DNA of 64,000 bases from NCBI GenBank assembly GCA_052327205.1, contig CM126214.1, positions 181,040,001 to 181,104,000 on the forward strand. Reading direction: 5' to 3'. Positions 52,501-61,500 of this stretch are shown in pieces. The notes below the pieces were generated by a model. The model saw nothing but the letters and a program-made list of their open reading frames with translations, made no database searches and was not told where the DNA came from. The translations under genes and the position numbers were made by a program. The first letter of the stretch is position 1; each line of letters begins with the position of its first letter. This stretch comes from Somniosus microcephalus. Taxonomy: Eukaryota.

Positions 52501-55500
52501 TTGTCGAAGTTATTATTTACTACGCAAGACCGGATTGATGAACACTGAGATGCAAAACTTCCAGCTGTTAGAGAGGGGAGCAAGAGAATTTGTTGCCTGC
52601 TGGTAATATAAAACACAGCCTTTTGAACTGTGTAATATCAATAGCTGGGCAAATATTGCTGCTGATCACAGAAACCCCACAGTGCAGATAGAGGCCATTT
52701 CGGCCCATCGAGCCTGCACCGACACATATCCCACCCGATCCCCGTAACCCCTACACCAACATATATCCCACCCTATCTCCGTAACCCCACACATTTTAAT
52801 CCCCCTAACACTAAGGGTCAATTTATCATAGCCAATCAACCTAACCTGCACATCTTTGGACTGTGGGAGGAAACCGGAGCACCCAGAGGAAACCCACACA
52901 ACCACGGGGAGAATGTCTGTGTGGAGTTTGCACAGTCACCCGAGGCCGGATTCGAACCCGGGTCCCTGGCGCTGTGAGGTAACAGTGCTAACCACTATGC
53001 CACCGTGCTTGGAAGCTGGCAAGTAGCGCTAGATGGTGGGCATGTTGGTGGGTACAAGAACTAGGCTTGGATCTGCTGAAGGACAAGCAGCAACTGTAGA
53101 AAGGTGAACAGCGAACTGACAGTTTTTCTGTCTTGTGTTGGCCTTCGTGCCATCGGCACACTCCATTTGATTTCTCCTCGCGTCAAGGGTTGTCATCTTC
53201 GACTGAAGGTCTGTCGCCACTCGAAACAGGAGCTAGCGAGCAAAAGGGCATTGGTTTCAAAAGCAAATCCGATGCCCAATTTAAACCTAACTTAAGATAG
53301 TGATCCAAACGTGCCTCATGTTCTGTATAATGGCAGGATGTAATCGGGGAGGGAGGGCCTATATTCCTGTTTTTCAGTAACTATTGACCTGCTAATTGAA
53401 TCAGATTCTCAGAAATTGCCAGTTTCAAAGACGTGCTATCCAGTGTTCCCTGTAAGCTACGCTTTGTTCTGCGCGGCCTATTTCTTTTAATGCGCGATCC
53501 CATTAAATTTCTGCGCATGCGCGGTATTTCCAGTGTAAAAGCTTGAGCGGCCTGCGCAGGACCTAGCAGATTACTGCACGGCCACGCACACGGGCAGCTT
53601 AGAGGGAAGATTACTGCTATCTCCACATGCCATTAATTAACCTTGAGCAGTTTTGGGCCCGTGCTTGGCACTACCTGTCAACACTGACCCTGGGCCTAGG
53701 TCATCAGTCACCAGCTGATGAACCGCCCTCAGTCACCCACAGCTTAGAAAAACTGACCGTGCTTGTTCGGTTTAAATAGGGTGAGAAGGATTGGCAGAAA
53801 TACGAGACTGCTCGGACGTTGAAGAAGTTGGTCGACAAGATACGTGCACAGTACAGGGAGGACTGGAAGTCGAAGGAGATGAAGGTCCGGCAGCGTGCTG
53901 TCGCACTTTACTTTATTGACAAGGTGAGTGAAGGAAATTGTTGCAGGTTAGATCCATGTTGTGCATGGTATCTACCTGAATGGAGATAGACCTGGGTGGC
54001 AGGGATGGAGGACAACTGAGGGAGATATATTCCTCCACTCTCTAACTCTAGACCCCTTCAACATATCATTCTGTTAACGGGTTCCTCCACCATGGCTTGA
54101 TGATCCCATTTTACTGCACCTCCAACATCTTTAATACCAAAGCAGCCCTTGCCTCAGAGACTTCCTGTTTTATAGGAAGTGTTATGTGCTCACCCCAGAA
54201 TTAGCATGTTAAAAAAGCTAAACAACAAGAAATAAGAAAGACCTTGCATTTATATAATGTCTTTCACAACCTCAGGACGTCCCAAAGGTGCTTTACAACC
54301 AATGAAGTACCTTTTGAAGTGTAGTCACTGTTGTAATGAGGCTGCATAATGGATTTATTAATCTCGAATTACCACTTTAGAATCATTGAGCAAAAGATCT
54401 TCGCCAAAACATTGTACATCTGGTCCAGAATATTGAGGCAAATGAATGTAACTCTCACACCAAGCCGAATCATGTCGGAAATAACTTTCCTCATGGGGAG
54501 AAGAACTTGGAGTGAGTCAAGTTTTCGTGCCTGCACAGTGCACTTCCTGACGGCTGACTTGATTTGTTCCAATAACTTACATCTCCTTGGCTGGGAGCCA
54601 CATAGAAGAGATCTATGTGGGCAGGGCGAGAATATATCTGATGCAATTCCATTTTTAAATGTTTTGGATGCTTCCACGTAACCGATCCTTAGTTGCAGGG
54701 TCTGTGCAAATGCAGTGAGGTGCAAGTGTTTCACTGCAGGCTCCTTCCCGACCAGTGCCTCCCCAATCAATTTGCTCTGACTGTTCCTTTTCTCTTTCAA
54801 TGTAGCTAGCCCTGAGAGCTGGGAATGAGAAGGAAGAAGGGGAGACTGCAGACACGGTGGGTTGTTGCTCCCTGCGAGTGGAGCACATCAACCTGCACGC
54901 CGAGCTCGATGGTCAGGAATACATGGTGGAGTTTGACTTCCTGGGTAAAGACTCCATCCGATATTACAACAAAGTGCCAGTGGAAAAAAGGGTAAGATTT
55001 GGTGGGACTGCTGTTGTAGTCATTCTTCATAGTTTCACTCCACTATCAGTTCGGTTGTTAGAAGACGATGTGTAGCTGAGCCAAAACCAACCAGGGAGGT
55101 CCGCCTCCCGGTTTGATTCTCAGTCTGTGCCAAGCTAGCTGACCTGTTGTAGAGGTGGCAGTGTGGGTGCCGGGGGCTAGGGTCCCATTCCTGATCGTTG
55201 CCTCAGTGACCCCTGTGGGAAAGTGCGGATAACTGGTGAGAATTTCATTGCACTCCACTGTGAGGCCTTTCACAGTCAAAAGGCCCACTATGCTGTCTAC
55301 AGTACCTCACTTGGCCACCTAGACATGGTGCTGGAGTGCTGTTGGCACGTGAGGAACTCGTTTATATAGCGCCTTTCACGACCACTGGACGTCCCAAAGC
55401 ACTTTATAGCCAATACAGTACTTTTTGAAGTGTAGTCTCTGTTGTAATGTAGGAAACGCGGCAGCCTATTTGCGCACAGCAATGCTGTGATGACCAGATA

Positions 55501-58500
55501 ATCTGTTTTTAGTGATGTTGGTTGAGGGATAAATATTGGCCAGGACACCGGGGCTTACTCCCCTACTCTTCTTCGAAATAGTACCATCGGATCTTTTACG
55601 TCCACCTGAGAGGGCAGACAGGGCCTCGATTTAACATCTCATCTGAAAGACGGCACCTCCGACAGTGCAGCGCTCCCTCAGTACTGCACTGGAGTGTCGG
55701 CCTAGATTTTTGTGTTCAAGTCTCTGGAGTGAGACTTGAACCCACAACCTGCCGACTCGGAAGCGAGTGTGCTACCCACTGAGACACGGCTGACACAGCA
55801 AGGGGAAAATTGGAACTAACTTTTTAAAATTAAGTTTTTGTGCTCCACCAGTAGTTATTTCAAGATTGCACAACCTAGCAATCAATTTAAGTGCAGTCTG
55901 GATGATTGTACTTCAATGATGTACATAAACTGGCATTCAAGCGTTTTAAATGTTGCATTACTTCTGACATGCATGTGTGGTGTATATGAAACTCCAGATT
56001 ATCTGTGTTTTAAAATCTATTCAGAAGTAAAAGCACAATCCCCTTGGTATATCTCTGCCCCCTCCCAAATTATCCATTATTCTGTATATGGATCATCTGA
56101 ACTCGTCAGTTCGAATATAGCTTGTACCTCCAACCTAGATAACGTTATTCGAAACCCCACCATTGGATTACAGTTAAACTCTGAAAAGGTTCCCTCTGTA
56201 ATACAGGCCATTACATTGTTTGGCAAACAGTAAAACTGATGCCTCGTTATCATTTGTAACCCAGATAAATGCATCCTGGGATCTTAATGAGGCTGAAAGC
56301 AGATTATTTTAAATGTAGGCTTTGTGGAGCTATTCCATAGATCGGTGCTGCTAATGTTGTCCCTTGGTCACCCCCCTGTGGCCAATATCATGGTTAAAGT
56401 TTGGCATTTTTTATCTACCATGTTCATGGCACAAGCCAGTACTCCCAGAGTGGATCTTTGAACTGCACTATACTGAAGCTGAAATTCTTTCTAGTTCGGA
56501 TCTATTGGAGGGTGGGAGGAAGCTTGTTTGTAGTCCACAGTACTGTTAATGCATTTGGTCCTGGTTTTGTGTGTTTTAACATATGGTGTACATGTTCTTG
56601 CCTACTCCAAGTGTTGTGAAAGTTTAAAAGCCTGTTAAAAGGGTTGTTGACCTGACTATATCGGCTTGTTCTTTGCAGTATTGTCAATCTGTTTTAACCA
56701 GGCTTCCAGCCCTGCAGGCTTGGCTTTCATCACTTGTTTACCAGCCTCCATAGTACACTCGGTACTGTAGTGCGCAGTACAGTCTGTACTTAATTAACTT
56801 CTGTCTTGGCACTTGGCTGGTGTTGCATAGCATGAAATAAGCTTCTGGTTTTTTTTCTCCAGAAATTAGAACCAAGGGATTGGTCCTGTGGGATGCACAC
56901 TTGTATGTGGGTATTGTCATTGTTTGATGGGATTGTCTGTATAATGTATTACCTAAAAATGAGGATAAACCCTGTAGAAACTATGTAAATGTTCAGTTTA
57001 CGTAGAACTTAACAGCACAGAAACAGGCCATTCAGCCCTTGATAAGTTGAGAATGCACCTGACCGATCTGCACTCCTGTAAAGTAAAAGTACCTGAATAG
57101 AAAAGGATAAAAAGGATGGCGTGGGGGGTGTGAAGTTTATTTTTTTTTAAGTACTTTTCGGTTAAGTGAAGTTGCAGTGCCTCGTGATATTCTTGCCTTG
57201 TGTATCTAAGGTGTTCAAGAATCTTCAATTATTTATGGAGAACAAGCAACCTGAAGATGACCTTTTTGACCGGCTCAATGTAAGTAGCAGTGCTGTGCAA
57301 TGTGAGTGGGGCTCACGGGGAATCTGATACTGCTTTACGGTTAATTGGAGTAGCACGGCATGTTCAGTTTAGTGCCACAGTTTGGTGGATCGCATGTTTT
57401 ACCTTTCTCCCTCATCCACTGTTGCTGTGCACTGTCTCTTGTGTTGCGTAACTTTAGGAAGGTGCTCCGCAGAGGTCGAGCACTTCCTACAGAGAAGGGA
57501 GCAGTGCCTTGTTGTGGCCAGTTCCAGGACTGCTTCTTTAGCCACTGGCAATGTAGGCCCTGTGGTACGAAGGGGGAAGTGGGTGGGGTCGTACCTTTTA
57601 TTTTGGGTCAGGGTGATGGTTTTTACTACGCGAGCAGTAACTGCCACTGGTGGAGAACACTGGTGTTGTGGGGCAATGTATGTCCGGTGGCTTTTGGCTC
57701 ATGATAACAAAAGACTTGCATTTATACAGCGCCTCTCGCGATCTCTGGACGTTCCAAAGTGCTTTACAGCCAACAAAATATTTTCGAAGTGCAGTCACTG
57801 TTGTAATGTAGGAAGGAGCCAATCGTTCTAATTTACTCACCATAAAAATCAATGTTCCCATTAAACTGCACGGCCGCTCGGCAGTCTGGAGGTCCCGCGC
57901 GGGCTGCATGCCAGCTTTTACATGGGAGAAACCCCGCATGGTGATAATTTGAATGGGCCCCGCAGCCAAAGGGACCGCGCACGGGGGAAAAAAAATTAGA
58001 AGGAACATTGCTTATAATGCCCTTAAATTTCAATTTTTCAAGGAATGTCCATTGCCATTTTAAGTGGTGCAGCCCACACCTACCTGTTTCAGATGTTTCC
58101 ACAGTCTTTTTTCTCTCTTTATCCCCTCAAACACGCGCGCGCACACACACACATTGAATTGAACACACATGGGATGCATCTGGTGTCTTTACCGAATGAC
58201 CTGGGCTTCACAGTTATATCCTGTTAACCAGATTCTCTCTCCGATAGTCATCAGTGATGTACCTAGCAGCTCAAAACTTGTTCACACACACCACCTGATC
58301 CACTTCCTCCCCCAGCCTAGCATTCCTGGCGCCCTCGTGCATACATTCTACTCCATATTCTCTGGGTGAGCGTTTGAAAAAACATCAATGCTCCAAATCC
58401 CTCTGCTTTTTCATGATAAAATGAAATGACACAGTTTAAGTTGCTCTTGTTTGAGTAAAGAAATTCTAGAAATCGTCTTCGATCATAGTATTCAGGTGGG

Positions 58501-61500
58501 GAGTGGTCGTGTAATGGAGCTTCTATTTAGCACTGATTTTAGTTTCAGTCTCCAGATTCTAGTTGATATGCTATTTCATACATGTTTTACTGACTTTTTT
58601 TATATATAGACTTCAATCCTCAACAAACATCTCCAGGAACTAATGGACGGACTTACTGCTAAAGTTTTCCGTACTTACAATGCTTCTATCACCCTGCAGC
58701 AGCAGCTGAAGGAACTGACCAACCGTAAGTGAAAGTTGCAATGCCATCTGTGTGTTGGCGCCAGGCCGGAGCCAGAGCTGCTTTCTTCCCTCCTATGCCA
58801 GTTTTCATAAGGTGTCCCCCTTCCCCATTCCAATAGTAACATTAAGTACTGGTTTAGTTGCTTCAAGATAAGGCCAGGGTCGGGTGTTGCCTTGATGCGT
58901 TCGGACGATCAGTTTTGATCATCTCCCTGATATATTGCCTGTAGATTTTTTTTTTTAAATGCTTTAGATGTTTCCACAGTCTTTTTTTCTCTCTATCCCC
59001 TCAAAAATCTTTTCTCTTTTTTTTGTTTTGGTTTTAGTCCAAAACCTAATGCAGATGGTGAGGTTTAAATCTAGAGTAATGAATACTTTTTTGGAATGAT
59101 GCCAGGCCAGTGTTCCTGCAGAGGGATCCAGGTGACCTAAATTGCAAGAGCAAAGCTTGGCTTGTTTAATTGAGCCATAGTTTGAATCGGGCGAAGAGCT
59201 CAGGAAGGGGTTTGGGGTAACCTCTGTCACTGCCGTGGTATTTTTTGTTCAGCGTATATTGTTTCTTTGACATAAATGTTATAATATTGAATTACATTGA
59301 AACTTGGCCCATACTGTGGCGTAGCACTGATGTACGAGAGTGACTGCCGACTGTGATCTGTGCTGCACTGCAGCAGCACCACCTGTGCTACTGCGCTTCA
59401 TTGTGACTGCACAGCTCCTAATAATCTGTTTGTTTGTTTCCTAGCGGATGAAAATGTCGCAGCAAAAATACTTTCTTACAATCGTGCCAACCGAGCAGTC
59501 GCTATCCTTTGTAACCATCAGAGGGCACCCCCAAAAACATTTGAGAAGTCAATGCAGAACCTGCAGACCAAAGTAAGTAGGAGCGTTTCCCCCACCCCTT
59601 AATCCCTGTACAAAATAAACAGCTGTTAAAGGAACCAGTTACTTTCCACCTGGAGTCGTAGCGAGCCATACAGACCAAAGTTTGATTCTCCCCTCTGCTG
59701 TTGAGTTAACTGATCACAGTTGGCTAGGAAGAGGAAATATCAGTCAGGGTTCCTGCTCCTACCAGTATCCAATAATCCCCATGTGTGGATGTCCGGTGAG
59801 AATTGGATTTTGTCAATTGTGATGCCCTTTGTGGTCGAATAACCGTCAACACTCACTTGCATATGATGAATGGCTACCTGAGTGATGTACGCAAGAGCCT
59901 GTGATTTCAAGAAAAAGAAGGGAAATTGCAACGGAAATGTAGGCCAGATGATGCGGCTGATCTGCTGTTGATACCCTCATCCATTCCTTTCGTTACCTCT
60001 AGACTTGACTATTCCAATGCTCATCTAGCCAGACTATCACTTTGCACCCTCTGTAAACTTGCACTCATCCAAAACTCTTCTGCCTGTACCCTAACTTGCA
60101 CCAAGTCCCATTTACCCATCACCCCTGTGCTCGCTAACCTACAACGCCTCAATTTTAAAATTCTCATCCTTGTTTTCAAATCCCTCCTTGGCCTCGCCCC
60201 TTCCTATCTCTATAACCTCCTCCAGCGCTACAACCCTCCGAGATCTCTGCACTCCTCCAATTCTGGCCTCTTGCGCTTCTCCGATTTTAATCGCTCCACC
60301 ATTGGCGACCATGCTTTCCGCTGCCTAGGCCCTATGCTCTGGAATTCCCTCCCTAAACCTCTCCGCCTCTCTACCTCTCTCTTCCTTTTAAGATGCTCCT
60401 TAAAATCCACCTCTTTAACCGAGCTTTTGGTCACCTGTCCTAATGTGGCTCAGTATCGACTTTTGTTTGATAACGCTCATTTGAAGCACCGTGGGATATT
60501 TTACAACGTTCTAAATGCAAGTTGTGATGCATTACCAGTTTTCTTTGGATCGAATTAATGTTGTACAAGACGCCGTGATGCAGAATGTGAAGAGACGGGT
60601 CTGTGCCTGAGGTTCTCCACAAAGTTTGAGATTTGAATTTCGGCCATATTGATGAAGGTAGCAAGTGGGTGAACAAGGCCAGTTACTGCTTGTGACCGGA
60701 AATCTGTCTGGTTTCAAATCCTAAAATATTATATTTAAACATTTATCACCAACGTTCTTTCCATATTTATAATCTTATTTCATTTACTAGTCTACTAAGC
60801 TATTGCACTGCCACCAGCTGTCTCAATGGGACTTTGGTTGTTGGACACACAGCTCAGTTTGGGGTTGGAAACAGGCTCTGTGGACACCTGCCTAGTAGTA
60901 CTTGAAGTCTATTTTTGATGGCCCTTAAGCAGAAGCTGCCTGATTTGAGGTGCAAGTATAGCACATTTCCCAGTTCACTGGTTCCCTTTCTTGCTGTTTC
61001 CCGTGTAAAAGTGTTTAACTAATGCCTATTTTGCTTAAAACACTGCAGAGAGCAGTTAAAAGTATTCATTGTTATTGTCATGAAATAATCAAGTGAAATC
61101 TACTTTTGTTCTGTTTAATTTTACTTTAAGAAACCTGATTGCTAGTTTATAGCCTGAGATTTACGGTCAGAGACCAGGAGAGCGCGATGGTCTTGTTATA
61201 TGTTTAGGTGGGCCTATCGACAGTATAATGGGTTTATTGTTTCCCTCTTCTCCCCTCCCACACCCCTCCCTCAGGCACACCAACTCCGAGATAATTTTGG
61301 ATTAAATCTTCAATTTGTTTTGAAGATCTGGATTTTCTGTTGTGTTCAAATTAATTTTTTTTCCTTTTTTTTTTCTTTTAGATCGATGCAAAGAAAGAAC
61401 AAATCGGACTAGCCAGGAGAGAGCTGAAAGGCGCCAAAGCTGACTATAAAGTTAGAAAGGATGAAAAATATAGAAAGTAAGCAGTCTATACTTTTTTTTA

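Noticed and set aside
2234-53725. Other CTGATGA heptamers (near 2234, 3333, 12003, 39536, 50838, 53715) as hammerhead or C/D snoRNA boxes
   Set aside because: No following stem II plus GAAA and no terminal stem with paired C/D boxes; several lie in decayed SINEs.
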